Virus record (IMG/VR): IMGVR_UViG_3300020178_000002
Coordinates: 62,001 to 126,000 of that record
Strand: one strand, 5' to 3'
Length of the DNA stretch: 64,000 nucleotides
A program made the translations under genes and the position numbers. Below, in pieces: positions 1 through 10,742 of the stretch (the first letter of the stretch is position 1; each line of letters opens with the position of its first letter). Under the pieces are notes generated by a model. That model made no database searches, had not been told where the DNA came from, and saw nothing but the letters and a program-made list of their open reading frames with translations.

Positions 1-3000
1 GAAGTCTTTAACAATTTCGCTAAATCTTTAGCTCTGCTTTCTTCTGATGCTCTAAATAAATCAGGATAGTCTTGTCCCAGCTTTTCCATATGCTTAGTTG
101 CAATCTCTGCAGCAAGTCTTCTCGCTTTAATATTCTTAGTATTTCCAGGTATAGTCTCTAGCTTTGAGCTATCCTCTAAGGGCTGTCCATTCAGGTAAAA
201 ATCAGAGGGGTAACCTGTAGGTATCTTGTTCCTTTGTCTAAATACAAAAGGTCTTATTTGAGCAAGGGTGGAAGTAGGCTTATATTTTTTAGTGATAGTT
301 GTAGTTAAGACATTAATTAAGTTAGTCCGAAAAGAGTTACCAAAGCTATCACTAGACTCCCAAGCAGTGGGGTCTAGCTTTCTTCCTACCTCGACCTCTT
401 TTTGCTCTATTGTTTGATTGACTTGGAATGTTAAAGTTTTGATGTCTTTTGTAGGAACATATTCAAAGCCATTTGTATATAAGGTTCTGGTGTTAATCCC
501 TGCTACGACTTTTCCTCTTTCTTCTTTAACAAGCACATTGTCTTTTCCATGAAGTGGGTCGGAAACAACCATACTGATCCTTGTCGGGTCTGCAATGCCT
601 GGAGGGTCAAACCTTAAATCTGGAACAACACCCTCTGTTTCTTCACTGACTGAAGGGATATATGGTCCTTGATGCTCTCTACTAGGATGTGAACAAGAAT
701 AGTATCTGTAATAGCCAGGTAGGTGAGGGGCAAAGCTACTTTTCTTGTTATCAAGCTGTCTTAGTATGTCAGCTAAATTAAGACCATCATCTTGACCTTG
801 GTTTTGATCTGTTTGTTTTCTTAGTTCTAGTATCAAGTCATAGAGAGTAAAGGTGGGGTCACTACCATTATTTGTTAGACCTTCAAGAGCCTTCTTAAAT
901 TCTTTCTCTGCACTTTCTAGTATTCTTTTAGCTTTAGCTTCGTTTGTAGAAGCAAGTTTACCTTTACCTAGTAGCTTTGAAGCTTTTTCCCTAGCAGATC
1001 TTTTTCTAGAGGCTGCCTTTTCTAAAGCAGATTCCCCTAATATGATACTCTTAGACTTGGCTTGCTTTTTACTTATTCTGTTAGTTACGACTCGACCATT
1101 TTTCAGCTTTCGTAAATAAGGAGATCTTTCTTTCTCTAAGCCTAGAGTTCCCTCTCTTCTTCCTATTTTAAAAGTCCATGGGCCTTCAAATAAACTACCA
1201 CCTTCTACTGTCTTTATAATGCCATACCTTTTACCCTCAATAAGAAGCATGTTTCTATATGCCTGTCTAGCCTCTGTTCCAAGATAACCCATGTTCTGGT
1301 ACTCGATAGCATTTTTAAATGCTTCAGGGCTCATTTTAAAGGGGTCTAGAGCCATGACTACATTAGGGAAGCCTATTCTCTTTTTAACTGTGATTTTCTC
1401 TCCATAACTATTCTCCCTAGATTCAGTAGCATAGATGCTTTTCTCTGGAAGACTTGTATCTGCAAGATCGACAGCTTCAGAAGGGTTTTCTGCATAGCTG
1501 ACTTCAGTTCGACCAGGTGGGATAAACTTTTTCCTTTGGGCAGAGAGTGTCAATCCTGTAGTACACTCACCACCATAAGAAAAGTTATGAGAAACAGATT
1601 CAACATAATAGAAGCAATCATTCTCTTCTACATAGATAGGATAACCTGGCTTTAATTCTGGTCTTAGAGGAATAGTTATGCTGCAACCCTCTGTTGCTTT
1701 GTTAGCATTATCTAAAGCAACTACAGAAGCATAGAATGCTTTTCGAGCGGAATTGTAGAATGTTGTGTCAAAGGACAGGCTCTTCCATCCATACTTGGCA
1801 ACAAGCTTGTAGTCTACATACATTCCTTTTACACCCCATTCACCTTCAAGGTTAGTTCCCTTTAAGTTCCTAAAAGGACCACCAGAACAAATGACATAGG
1901 TAAATTCGGGTTCATTGTGTTCATAACTGATAGATATAGTGTCTTCTCTATTAATCCTATATATTCTATCTTCACTCGTATCCATATTATACATAGGGGG
2001 TTTGAATACAAGATCTCCATCCATATCTTGATAAAACTCATATCCTACTTTTTCAGCAACTTCTTGAGCTAAACTCAACTTACTGCTGAACTGTGACTCC
2101 CAAAAGTTAACCTGTCCTAATGAACCAAGATCAGTAATGAAGCTCTGTAGAGATAAGATATTAACAGCATCTTCTTTTTCACCTATGATAGAAGGAAGCT
2201 GTCTAACATCTAAAGTACGCAAGGTTCTACCTTGAGGGTCATGTGCTATGAACCCAGCTTTCATTAAGTTTGAAAGAGCACCTTTTTTAGCTTTACTATG
2301 TGGCTTAAGCTGTTCCTTAACAACTTTCTTAAATTCATTGTCCCTACCCTCAGGAGTAGTGTCCACCAAGATACTTTGCTCTAAAAGTGTGTAAGCCCTA
2401 CCAGAAGCACCGAACATTCTTAAACCATAAAGACCATTGCCCCACCTATTTTCTAGGTATCTTAAGTAAAGAGAATACTTTTGTTGCCCTGTTGAGATTT
2501 TACTAAGTAAGTTGTTCTTCTTTTGGAGAGCAAAGCCTGTACCCTCTGGAGAACCACCAGTGTCTCTATAAAGGTCATATATAATTTGGTGGGCTGTCAT
2601 ATTTGTATATACATGACCATTTAAACTAATAGACCCTCTAGCTTCTTTAGGGTTTGCAGCAAAGAATCCCTGTTCAGTATTTATCATCTGGCTATTCCAC
2701 ATACTTAAGATGTTGTTTGTGGAAATACTAATAGAATAAGAGTTGTCTTTATTGTCAATGCTCACAGCACTAATGAAACCATGAAAGACAGGATAATAAG
2801 GTCTGGTTTCAATGCTATTTAAATCAATCTCTTCACTACCCTCTCCCGTAGAAAGTGTTGCAACTGCACTATCTGCTTTCAGAGAAAGGTCTTTAGTCTT
2901 AAAAAACCCCCTAAAAAAGACTTTAATCTCAATGCCTGTTTCAAGAATGAATTTACCATCAACATAGACAACATCCCCATAACTTTTTGGGATGACTAAG

Positions 3001-3224
3001 TTAATGCTACAACTAGCTCCACCACTATCAATCCCACCACCTACTGAAACAGAAGTTATGAAAGAAGAGAAATCTATTTTATTTTTGCAAGTAGGACAGC
3101 CTGGTAATGTCGTATTTCCATTAAACTGAACAATGGCATCTGGTGTCCATGATACAACTGTCCTATATTTATTCTGTATGTCTAGTGACCAAGATCCTGC
3201 AAATGGCCTTTTATCTACTTTCAT
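1..3224 (-). CDS. Baseplate hub / tail-tip protein (gpD/gp27-like), 3' end runs off the window
   Basis: Absent from the ORF track because it has no stop in the window. ATG at 3224 (MKVDKRPFAGSW...) is in frame with open sequence at the window start (...ASEESRAKDLAKLLKT). Contains ITIPLRPELKPGYPIYVEENDCFYYVESVSHNFSYGG, typical of hub proteins. Lies downstream of the tape measure gene. Confidence 0.65.
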   Translation of the reverse strand, partial: MKVDKRPFAGSWSLDIQNKYRTVVSWTPDAIVQFNGNTTLPGCPTCKNKIDFSSFITSVSVGGGIDSGGASCSINLVIPKSYGDVVYVDGKFILETGIEIKVFFRGFFKTKDLSLKADSAVATLSTGEGSEEIDLNSIETRPYYPVFHGFISAVSIDNKDNSYSISISTNNILSMWNSQMINTEQGFFAANPKEARGSISLNGHVYTNMTAHQIIYDLYRDTGGSPEGTGFALQKKNNLLSKISTGQQKYSLYLRYLENRWGNGLYGLRMFGASGRAYTLLEQSILVDTTPEGRDNEFKKVVKEQLKPHSKAKKGALSNLMKAGFIAHDPQGRTLRTLDVRQLPSIIGEKEDAVNILSLQSFITDLGSLGQVNFWESQFSSKLSLAQEVAEKVGYEFYQDMDGDLVFKPPMYNMDTSEDRIYRINREDTISISYEHNEPEFTYVICSGGPFRNLKGTNLEGEWGVKGMYVDYKLVAKYGWKSLSFDTTFYNSARKAFYASVVALDNANKATEGCSITIPLRPELKPGYPIYVEENDCFYYVESVSHNFSYGGECTTGLTLSAQRKKFIPPGRTEVSYAENPSEAVDLADTSLPEKSIYATESRENSYGEKITVKKRIGFPNVVMALDPFKMSPEAFKNAIEYQNMGYLGTEARQAYRNMLLIEGKRYGIIKTVEGGSLFEGPWTFKIGRREGTLGLEKERSPYLRKLKNGRVVTNRISKKQAKSKSIILGESALEKAASRKRSAREKASKLLGKGKLASTNEAKAKRILESAEKEFKKALEGLTNNGSDPTFTLYDLILELRKQTDQNQGQDDGLNLADILRQLDNKKSSFAPHLPGYYRYYSCSHPSREHQGPYIPSVSEETEGVVPDLRFDPPGIADPTRISMVVSDPLHGKDNVLVKEERGKVVAGINTRTLYTNGFEYVPTKDIKTLTFQVNQTIEQKEVEVGRKLDPTAWESSDSFGNSFRTNLINVLTTTITKKYKPTSTLAQIRPFVFRQRNKIPTGYPSDFYLNGQPLEDSSKLETIPGNTKNIKARRLAAEIATKHMEKLGQDYPDLFRASEESRAKDLAKLLKT

Positions 3225-3235
3225 TTTTAGATCCT

Positions 3236-4252
3236 TTAACTAAAGTCATAATCATCTTCTTGAGGTTGCAACTCTTGAGAAGCATCCTTTTCCAAAACAG
3301 ATTTCTTAGTATTGAACAAATTAGGTGTAGGCTCATGCATAGGTAGCAAGAAGTTTCTAGTTTCAAAACCTTCTTGAGTATGTTTGTAAACTTCAAAATC
3401 CATTGAGAATTCGATGCCACCATTTTGTTGGCTTTCTCCAACAGAAAAACTTAGAGAAGTTATTCTACCTGTCCACCTTTGACCATCATAATATATGCTT
3501 TGAGTACCAACAGCATGGTTTGCCCTACTTCTCCCAAGTACATCACGAATCGCAGCACTGTTTCTATAAACAGCAAGGATGTTCATGAGCTGTCTCCACC
3601 CAGCACTGTCTCTCCTTGAAGCAAATTGTAAACCTGTCAACCCTGATACATTACCATTTATATCTACAAGCTCTCTTCTAGCCCTACCTGCTATAAAAGC
3701 ACCTATGGTACAGCTTATTTGTATCTTTACAATTTGCTCTCCCCACCTATAAAAGACAAATCCATACCTCGTGGACTCAGAGAAGTTTTGAACGCTCTCA
3801 TAAGAAAATCCCATTGTAGTTGGGTTTATTAAAAAAACAATTGGAGGTGTTGCTCTGATTTGTCTGTCTTGAGTGGCAATAGATATAAGTTGATCTCTAT
3901 CAACAAGACCTGCATCCACCCTTGACTCTAGCCCATTAACTCTGCCACCTCTTATAGGAGATTTTGCAAATGTAGGGATTCTAGGGCTGTACTTTAAATC
4001 CTCATAAGACCTTATCCCTGCCATTCCAGGAGAAGAATATCTAGCACCACTAAAAGGCTTCTTCTTCCCTGATTTAACATAGTCACCCATAAAAGGTGCA
4101 TCTATTGTTAAAACAAAAGGAGACATAGATCTAAGATGCTGTTGATTTGTAGGATCTAAAGGAATTGTCCCATCGTTGTCTTCTGGGAATAAGAAAAAGT
4201 CTTCAGAAGTAGGAAGCTGAAGAAAAGGCTGTGTGTCTATGGTAGCTTTCAT
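3236..4252 (-). CDS. Tail tube initiator / baseplate-associated protein (paralogue of 4255-4857)
   Basis: INPTTMGFSY...TRYGFVFYRWGE and YYDGQRWTGRITSLSF match NPEQIEY...TLHGFVEYYWGDE and FDGGTWFGWFQSFSV of the neighbour. Position between tape measure and hub. Confidence 0.5.
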   Translation of the reverse strand: MKATIDTQPFLQLPTSEDFFLFPEDNDGTIPLDPTNQQHLRSMSPFVLTIDAPFMGDYVKSGKKKPFSGARYSSPGMAGIRSYEDLKYSPRIPTFAKSPIRGGRVNGLESRVDAGLVDRDQLISIATQDRQIRATPPIVFLINPTTMGFSYESVQNFSESTRYGFVFYRWGEQIVKIQISCTIGAFIAGRARRELVDINGNVSGLTGLQFASRRDSAGWRQLMNILAVYRNSAAIRDVLGRSRANHAVGTQSIYYDGQRWTGRITSLSFSVGESQQNGGIEFSMDFEVYKHTQEGFETRNFLLPMHEPTPNLFNTKKSVLEKDASQELQPQEDDYDFS

Positions 4253-4254
4253 TA

Positions 4255-4857
4255 TTAAAGCCTCCTAATAGATTGACTTCTTACACCATGATATTCTCTC
4301 TCAACCTGCATAGCGAGACTTACCTTAAACTGATAAGGAGTGGTTGCATCGTCTGTCACACTGAAAGATTGAAACCAGCCAAACCAAGTACCACCATCAA
4401 AGGTCACTTTAATCTTACCCTGTAAGACAATTTGACCGATACTGTCATAAATAGACCCATTGCTATGGAACATCGCTAAAAGGTCTAAATACTTGTCATA
4501 AGTAATAGTATCTCTACGAGTACCACCTATGTTAGTACCACCCTCTTCTAAAGCAACAGGTCCTGTGATAGCACTTAAGCCTGTATAGGGTCTAATAAAA
4601 GCACCAGAAGCAACATCTATACTCAAAGTGGTAGGTTCATCCCCCCAATAGTATTCAACAAAACCATGTAGTGTCTGACTCATAGACCTTTGTTTTGTGT
4701 ACTTGTATTCTATTTGCTCTGGGTTTGCGTGTAGAGTCAGCTTTATGTCATCTGGCAATAAAGAAGTCATCCCATCAGGACTAACAATATCAAAGATAAA
4801 AGGTCTTATTCCTAAGTTAGCATTTTCAATGTCTTTAGTTATGTGAGATTTTATCAT
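4255..4857 (-). CDS. Tail tube initiator / gpU-like baseplate protein
   Basis: NPEQIEYKY motif, beta-rich; start overlaps the tape measure stop (ATGA). Confidence 0.5.
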   Translation of the reverse strand: MIKSHITKDIENANLGIRPFIFDIVSPDGMTSLLPDDIKLTLHANPEQIEYKYTKQRSMSQTLHGFVEYYWGDEPTTLSIDVASGAFIRPYTGLSAITGPVALEEGGTNIGGTRRDTITYDKYLDLLAMFHSNGSIYDSIGQIVLQGKIKVTFDGGTWFGWFQSFSVTDDATTPYQFKVSLAMQVEREYHGVRSQSIRRL

Positions 4858-7800
4858 TTGCTATATCCCTGAACAGAGTTCTTGAGTTTATTTATTTCTC
4901 TAACTACTTCTTGAGCAACTGCTTCTGGATTCTTAGCACCATTAACAGAAATGTTAGCATTGATAGTATTGCCACCAAGCATATTCTGTATAGGACCATT
5001 GTCCTTGAAAGCCATTACGGAGTCTTTGCTATTTATTGGATATATTTTTCCTTTAGAATAGAACCCATCGTTAAGCTTGACTCCCATTTCTAGCAGTTGG
5101 CTACCTGTATATCCATATCCCTCAAGGTCTGCTCTTGCTATGTTTCGCTGGTTAATTCTCTTTGCAAGCTCAGTTGAGCTCTCATTGTCTCCATATTTCA
5201 AGCCGATGGTACTTGCTAAGGTTTTTAATTTGCTTCTCTTTTCTACTTCCAAAGCTAACTCAGCAGCTCTCTTTGCCTCTTTTTCTTTTTCTTGCTTTAT
5301 AGAGCCATCTTTCATTATGGCTTTCTCTTCCTCTACAGCAGACTTCTTTGAATTATTTGGTTCACCAGCTTCAGCAAGTATCTCAAGGTATTTGTTTGAG
5401 TCTTCCATCGCATTTAGAGTTTGATTGCCTTCTTTAGTCTCTGATTCATATGCTACTGTCTGCCCACCTTTTAGATACATATCACCTTTTTTAGTATAGC
5501 CAGCTCTTGCTGCCAACTCTTCTGTACTAGCCACATGAACTTCCCCAGCTACCATTGTAGCACCAGCTTTTTTCCTCTCTCGGGCGATGTCTGCATCGAA
5601 CTTCTTTTGAGACTCACTTTTTTCACTTGAGTAAACTTTGGTGGCTTTCATTGCCTCCATTGCAGAATTGTTTCTAAGACTTGCTGTAGTTTGCTTCCCA
5701 TCAAAGCTATAAGTGTTAAGAACTTTAATCTGCTCTGAGACTACCCTGCTTGCTCGATTCAGATCTTCAAAATCTTTTTGCTCTTGTGCTAACTTATCTT
5801 TAAGAAACTGTTTTTTCTTGGGGTCTTTAGTTCGAGCTAATTCAGCCTCAGTTTTAGAAAGAGATTTATGCTTCTCTCTAGTTCTTTCTATTATGCCTTC
5901 TTTTCTAGAGTTAAGATCTGTAATGAGGTCTTTTTTGAGAGCTTTTGTTTCCTCAGATTCGTCAGAGCCTTTTGAAAAACTCCAGCTAACTAAAGACATA
6001 AGAGCACTAGAGATGTCCATTAAGATCTGTCCAAGATATGCATTGATCTTATCAGCAACACTTACAGTGGCACTAACCTGTTCTCTCAATAGTTGTTCTT
6101 GAGTGAGATCAGCTTTTCCACTTTTGTTAATAGTTTCACTCTGGGCTAAAATAAAAGTAGAGATGTCATCCACCAGAGCCCCCGATTTAGTCATCAGCTT
6201 TCCATCTTTAGTTTTTAGACCCATGTTGGCTAGTCTTTCTTCATCTTCTTTTGAAATGTCTTTTTTCTTTGCCAACCTTTTCGCAGTACGAAGTTGACCT
6301 TTATAAACCTCTTGCAAGTCTTCAAATTGTTGCATTTGATCTTTATTCAAGTCAGTGAACTTCATCATTTGTTCTTTTTCTAGATCAGACATTGTAGCTA
6401 GAGTCCTACCTCCTAGATGAGTTTCAAGTCTTGCATATTGTGCAGCTAGACCAGCACCTGCACCCATAGCATCTAAACCCTCTGAAATATCTGTCCTACT
6501 TGCATTCTTATCAGCACCCAGAGCGAGGTCTATAGTATTTGAAAGCTCTCTACCTAAACCTGCTGTTTCTTCACGCTCTGCTAACTCTCCAAGTATATCT
6601 TCTATCTGTGTTTGCGACATATTTTGAATTGACTTAATAAGACCTTCATTGCTAGTAGTATCTATCTTAGCTTTGTTTAAGATACTCATTCCTTTTTCAC
6701 TTTTACCAAAAGTCCCCAATAAAGCATCCGCAGATCTTTTGGCTTCTGCATCCAATATTTTCTTTAACTTTTTAGGGTTCGTAAGCATTTGTCTTTTTAT
6801 TTGCTCGAGATAACCCTCTGATTTTAAGTTAGCTATATTACTAAGGAAGCCAGAGACTCCATCTGGACCAACGATCTTACCTAATCTTATAAATAAAGAA
6901 CCTGCTTCTTTGCTTCTTAGATTCATATTATCAAGAGTGCTTGTTAAGTTTTTAACTTTTTCATAGAAGTTGTTAGTAGAATATCCAGTTTGAATTGCCA
7001 TATCTCTAATATCAGCAAAGTCACTTACCATGCTTTTCAATGCTGACCCATCTTTTATAGAGACACCTATTTCATAAGCAAAAGACTCTGCTCTGCTAAC
7101 AGCTTCCTCCATAGTAATGCCCATCAAGACTGATGACTCTTTAAGCTTGACCATTTGATTTTGCATTGCTTTAATGCCTTGCTCACCACCACCCAGAGCT
7201 CTAAATCCTAAATTTGCAGCGTCTAAAGATCCAGCTAGACTTACAACCTCATCACTAGTCATCCCTAAAGTGTTTAAGAAAGACCCTCTGGTAAATGCTT
7301 TTCTAACATCTTTTAGACTTCCTGCCAGATCTCCTTGTTTGACAGCCATCATGTCTGTAGCCGAGATACCTTCAAGGAGAGACTTGTTCATATCTTTAAC
7401 TTTGCCTTCAGCCATCACAAAGAGTGAAACAACAGCAGCAAGTCCACCACCTACCACGGCAAATACTTTGGCGAGTTTTGCCAAAGAAGCTGCAGCTTTC
7501 ATAAAGCCTTTTGCTTTAGTATCATCTGTTTCTTGAGATGCCTTTTGCTCTAACTTCCCAGCTTGTAAGCTTGCGAAATTACTTAAAGACCCAAATAAAC
7601 TTTTAGGTAGATCAGAGAGGTCGCTAACTTTACTCTCTAAGAGATCCATCCCTTTGTTAAGAGAGCCCATTAATTTTTCTTCAAAGATATAACCAGCTTT
7701 ACCAAGTTCTTCAACTTTTGCTTTTCTGTCTTCAAGATCTTGCATATATGCTTGGCTTGATTTCTCAAGCAACTTATTATATTCGACAATTTCTTTTTTG

Positions 7801-8153
7801 CTTTGTTTTTGCCTATCTGCAATGGTCTTAAAAGATGAGGTCACACTAGCAAGTTGTGCTTTGGCAGCGTTTAATGCCACCTCGTCACCCTCCCTTTTTG
7901 CTTTTTTGGACATTTTCTGAAACTTGTCGACCTGATTCATCATCAATTTAAGCTGGCTATCTAAGCTATCCCCAAAGCCTTTTAACATTCTAGTTTGGGC
8001 TTCGTTATTTCGATCTGATGCTTTGCTTTGAAGATCTCTGATTTCACCAGCAATCTCTGCAGCTTCTTTCATGGAGTCTACAGATTTCTTAAAGACATCT
8101 GTCTTTGCAGCTTTATCTAAGGATTCAAAAAGCTTTGTGTAGTCTGTAGCCAT
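4854..8153 (-). CDS. Tail tape measure protein
   Basis: 1099 aa, helical, rich in Ala/Lys/Glu, hydrophobic segment VFAVVGGGLAAVVSLFVMA, C-terminal NTINANISVNG; follows tube and chaperone genes. Confidence 0.8.
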   Translation of the reverse strand: MATDYTKLFESLDKAAKTDVFKKSVDSMKEAAEIAGEIRDLQSKASDRNNEAQTRMLKGFGDSLDSQLKLMMNQVDKFQKMSKKAKREGDEVALNAAKAQLASVTSSFKTIADRQKQSKKEIVEYNKLLEKSSQAYMQDLEDRKAKVEELGKAGYIFEEKLMGSLNKGMDLLESKVSDLSDLPKSLFGSLSNFASLQAGKLEQKASQETDDTKAKGFMKAAASLAKLAKVFAVVGGGLAAVVSLFVMAEGKVKDMNKSLLEGISATDMMAVKQGDLAGSLKDVRKAFTRGSFLNTLGMTSDEVVSLAGSLDAANLGFRALGGGEQGIKAMQNQMVKLKESSVLMGITMEEAVSRAESFAYEIGVSIKDGSALKSMVSDFADIRDMAIQTGYSTNNFYEKVKNLTSTLDNMNLRSKEAGSLFIRLGKIVGPDGVSGFLSNIANLKSEGYLEQIKRQMLTNPKKLKKILDAEAKRSADALLGTFGKSEKGMSILNKAKIDTTSNEGLIKSIQNMSQTQIEDILGELAEREETAGLGRELSNTIDLALGADKNASRTDISEGLDAMGAGAGLAAQYARLETHLGGRTLATMSDLEKEQMMKFTDLNKDQMQQFEDLQEVYKGQLRTAKRLAKKKDISKEDEERLANMGLKTKDGKLMTKSGALVDDISTFILAQSETINKSGKADLTQEQLLREQVSATVSVADKINAYLGQILMDISSALMSLVSWSFSKGSDESEETKALKKDLITDLNSRKEGIIERTREKHKSLSKTEAELARTKDPKKKQFLKDKLAQEQKDFEDLNRASRVVSEQIKVLNTYSFDGKQTTASLRNNSAMEAMKATKVYSSEKSESQKKFDADIARERKKAGATMVAGEVHVASTEELAARAGYTKKGDMYLKGGQTVAYESETKEGNQTLNAMEDSNKYLEILAEAGEPNNSKKSAVEEEKAIMKDGSIKQEKEKEAKRAAELALEVEKRSKLKTLASTIGLKYGDNESSTELAKRINQRNIARADLEGYGYTGSQLLEMGVKLNDGFYSKGKIYPINSKDSVMAFKDNGPIQNMLGGNTINANISVNGAKNPEAVAQEVVREINKLKNSVQGYSK

Positions 8154-8164
8154 AAGTACCTTCT

Positions 8165-9199
8165 TTAAATTGTGGGTAGTTTCCTGTTTGAGACTTTATC
8201 CATGAGAGAAGTGTTTTCGGATTTAACAAGTTCTCTTGCGTTCAGATACTTATTAGAAAGAAGCATATCATATTCTTCTCCCTCGTTGACCTGAACAGCT
8301 TTTTTAGATTTAACAATCTGATCAATCTCGGTATCAGAGAAAGCTCTAAGAGGTGAAACCATAGATAAACTATTCAGGTTGTCTTTCATCTCTTGGTATT
8401 GGCTTTCTTGGTTAGAAACAAACTTCCGACCATTCCTAAGAAACTCATTTAGCTTTTCTTTGTATTCTCTGATTTTAATATCGTGTTCGTCTTCAACACC
8501 CTCAACCCAGTTATAGTACTCTTTTTGCATATCCTCAGTGATTTTAGATTCTGCATCTTCTCTTTGAATTGCGATGCCTTGTTCAGCTTTTTTTAAGACC
8601 TCTTCTCTATACTTTTCTTCTTTATCTCTTCTTTGTTCCCAATCTTTTTGTACTTTCTTAACCCCTTTAGGGTTCATAGCAGATGCTTCAAAGAAAGTTC
8701 GACTCCATGCATCCTCGACTTGTTCTTTTCTATCTTCAACTTCGTTAAAGCTTATCCACTGCATATGGATTTCACTAAGTTCATTTTTATATGGCATCTT
8801 AAACCCAAATTTGATTGAGTGATTCCACCTTCTCCAGAGATACCTTGAGGTTGAGGTGTAGCAAAAAGCTTCAAAAAAGGTAGATAGCTCGCTGTGTTTT
8901 TCTACAACTTTCCAAAAGTGAGGCATAATCCTTCTTTTGATTTTAGGACATGCCTTAATCTCTTTGAGAAAAGAATAATTGAGGGATTGAGGTATCTCAA
9001 AACCTGCAATGGATTCTAAGCAAACAGCAAGTAAGAAATCTTCTTGATCACTACCTACATCACTGTAATTCAGACTTCTGGAGTAGTCTTCTGGATTAGG
9101 TACTCTGAAAGAGTATTTAGAACCTTTGCAGGTTAGAACCAACCCCTGCCCACCAGTGGATATGTAGTAATATAAGTCATCATAAAACAGTTTGCTCAT
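8165..9199 (-). CDS. Putative tail assembly chaperone 2
   Basis: Lies between chaperone 1 and tape measure; N-terminal part weakly resembles 9180-9731. Confidence 0.45.
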   Translation of the reverse strand: MSKLFYDDLYYYISTGGQGLVLTCKGSKYSFRVPNPEDYSRSLNYSDVGSDQEDFLLAVCLESIAGFEIPQSLNYSFLKEIKACPKIKRRIMPHFWKVVEKHSELSTFFEAFCYTSTSRYLWRRWNHSIKFGFKMPYKNELSEIHMQWISFNEVEDRKEQVEDAWSRTFFEASAMNPKGVKKVQKDWEQRRDKEEKYREEVLKKAEQGIAIQREDAESKITEDMQKEYYNWVEGVEDEHDIKIREYKEKLNEFLRNGRKFVSNQESQYQEMKDNLNSLSMVSPLRAFSDTEIDQIVKSKKAVQVNEGEEYDMLLSNKYLNARELVKSENTSLMDKVSNRKLPTI

Positions 9200-9731
9200 T
9201 GGAATCTTCTGAAATAGAGTCTAGATTTTGTGCTCGAACAATTTCTTCAGCTCTTTGCTTGAGTTGCTCAGAAGTAGCTTCAGTATCTTCAACATTTAAC
9301 TTTAAAGACTCATCCATCTCGGATTCGATTTCTTCAGAGAGTGTAGTATAAGCTTCAAAGATTTTAGAGATAACAGGCCGACTCCAACTTTCTATGATCT
9401 TCAAAACAGCTTCTTGTCGAGAGATCTTAATAGGAACACCAGAAGCTGTTTTTTCTCCAGTCTCTAGGTCTTTAAGGTTTCTTAAGTCCATAGAGTTTAC
9501 TTGAACAATAGCCCTAGACAAGGTTTCTCGTCTAAAGACATCTGCAAACTCCATAGCAAAAGAAGCATCTTCTGTAATGTCTGGAAGAAGCTTTTGAACT
9601 TCTGTCTCTTCAATAGGTGTTAATATTCTAAGAGTGACAGAAGTACCAACAAGGCTAATTGTTTTTTCTTTTTTACACATCTCTGTTAAAGGAGACATGA
9701 GTTCTTTTAACTCAGATAGATTTAGGCTCAT
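9180..9731 (-). CDS. Putative tail assembly chaperone
   Basis: Acidic 183 aa protein directly after tail tube; VTLRILT..EE and ETLSRAIVQVN pattern. Confidence 0.55.
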   Translation of the reverse strand: MSLNLSELKELMSPLTEMCKKEKTISLVGTSVTLRILTPIEETEVQKLLPDITEDASFAMEFADVFRRETLSRAIVQVNSMDLRNLKDLETGEKTASGVPIKISRQEAVLKIIESWSRPVISKIFEAYTTLSEEIESEMDESLKLNVEDTEATSEQLKQRAEEIVRAQNLDSISEDSNEQTVL

Positions 9732-9797
9732 ATTTTATATTATCCTGTATTTTTTAAGGGAACGGCTTCCCTATTGTACCACTTTAAATCTTAAATC

Positions 9798-10664
9798 TTA
9801 GGGAAGATTAAGGTTTGCAGGAACTTGAGCAGCCGCTGCCGCTGCTACAACAGGATTAACAGGGTTAGCTGGTTGCTCTCCACCAAAGTTTCTGTCTGCA
9901 CCTACTGTAAGTGAGTTACCACCTAGTCCAGAATAGATGATAGAAGCTCCTTGACCCAATGTAGGATCATTACCTGTAGCCATGAACTCACCATATGTAG
10001 AGTAAAGGTCATGCACATCTGTAACACTAGCACTGCAAGATTGACCTATGATACCACCATCTGTGGTCATAGAACCAAATGCAACTTCTGTAAGCCAGCA
10101 AGCCTCAAAGTATGTGATAATTGCTTTGTGCTTTTGAGAAGGGTTACCACTTGAATCTTTATATTGGTCACCACCAGATGCATTTTGAGCACTAAAGTCA
10201 ATGTCTTTAAGACCCTCAGAAGTAAGACCCTCTGCTTCTTGGTCAGCAGTAGTAGAAAGAACAATCTGTTGCTCAATATCAAAAGGCCATCTATGTTGTT
10301 GGAGTGTACGAACAGGACCATCTACACCACCTGCATAACCAAATGCTTGGTGACCATTTGATAGATATAGGAGGGTTCTCTCCATACTAACAGAGACAAC
10401 ACCTGTCACACCAGGTACAAGTTCTGCGATCTGATCACCAAAACCAATACCTCTAACCTCAGTTACATCCCTAGAACTAGAGCCAGCATCAAAAGAGTTT
10501 ACAACACCGATTTGATAAAGAAGACCCTCATCACCACCATACACAGGTGTGAGAATACGAACTTTTTGAGAGATAACAGCCCTAGTGTTAGGGCTTGAGT
10601 TGTATTTATAAAGAGAAGAAGTGCCTTGCACCCCAGCATTAGGGTTTCTATCTGTATTTCCCAT
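9798..10664 (-). CDS. Tail tube protein (contractile tail)
   Basis: EVRGIG..IAELVPG, VSMERTLLY, WPFDIEQ, ITYFEACW motifs. Start moved to ATG 10664, which has a GGAG RBS. Confidence 0.75.
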   Translation of the reverse strand: MGNTDRNPNAGVQGTSSLYKYNSSPNTRAVISQKVRILTPVYGGDEGLLYQIGVVNSFDAGSSSRDVTEVRGIGFGDQIAELVPGVTGVVSVSMERTLLYLSNGHQAFGYAGGVDGPVRTLQQHRWPFDIEQQIVLSTTADQEAEGLTSEGLKDIDFSAQNASGGDQYKDSSGNPSQKHKAIITYFEACWLTEVAFGSMTTDGGIIGQSCSASVTDVHDLYSTYGEFMATGNDPTLGQGASIIYSGLGGNSLTVGADRNFGGEQPANPVNPVVAAAAAAQVPANLNLP

Positions 10665-10692
10665 TGAACTTTCTCCATTTATGATTGAGTTG

Positions 10693-10725
10693 TAATTCAT
10701 TTATATTAAGCTTATAAAGAAACTA
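10693..10725. promoter_or_regulatory. Divergent overlapping pair of putative late-promoter motifs
   Basis: TAATTCATTTATA (+, 10693-10705) points to 10743; TAGTTTCTTTATA (-, 10713-10725) points to the tail tube gene. Confidence 0.6.
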
Positions 10726-10742
10726 TTAGAGGAGATACTGCT

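Noticed and set aside
853-8822. Plus-strand ORFs over the tail module, and similar short ORFs elsewhere (e.g. 3211-3441, 43401-44039, 45039-45317)
   Set aside because: Antisense or out-of-frame shadows of longer well-supported genes, with no RBS or motifs.
9180-9199. Programmed -1 frameshift joining the two tail chaperone genes
   Set aside because: The downstream gene is in the +1 frame with its own ATG, and I see no XXXYYYZ slippery heptamer in the overlap.
4854-10700. Bacterial contractile injection system or tailocin locus rather than a phage
   Set aside because: Tail genes are embedded with phage-type replication genes and no host housekeeping genes. The leader-tagged cargo idea would however also fit tail-lumen loading.
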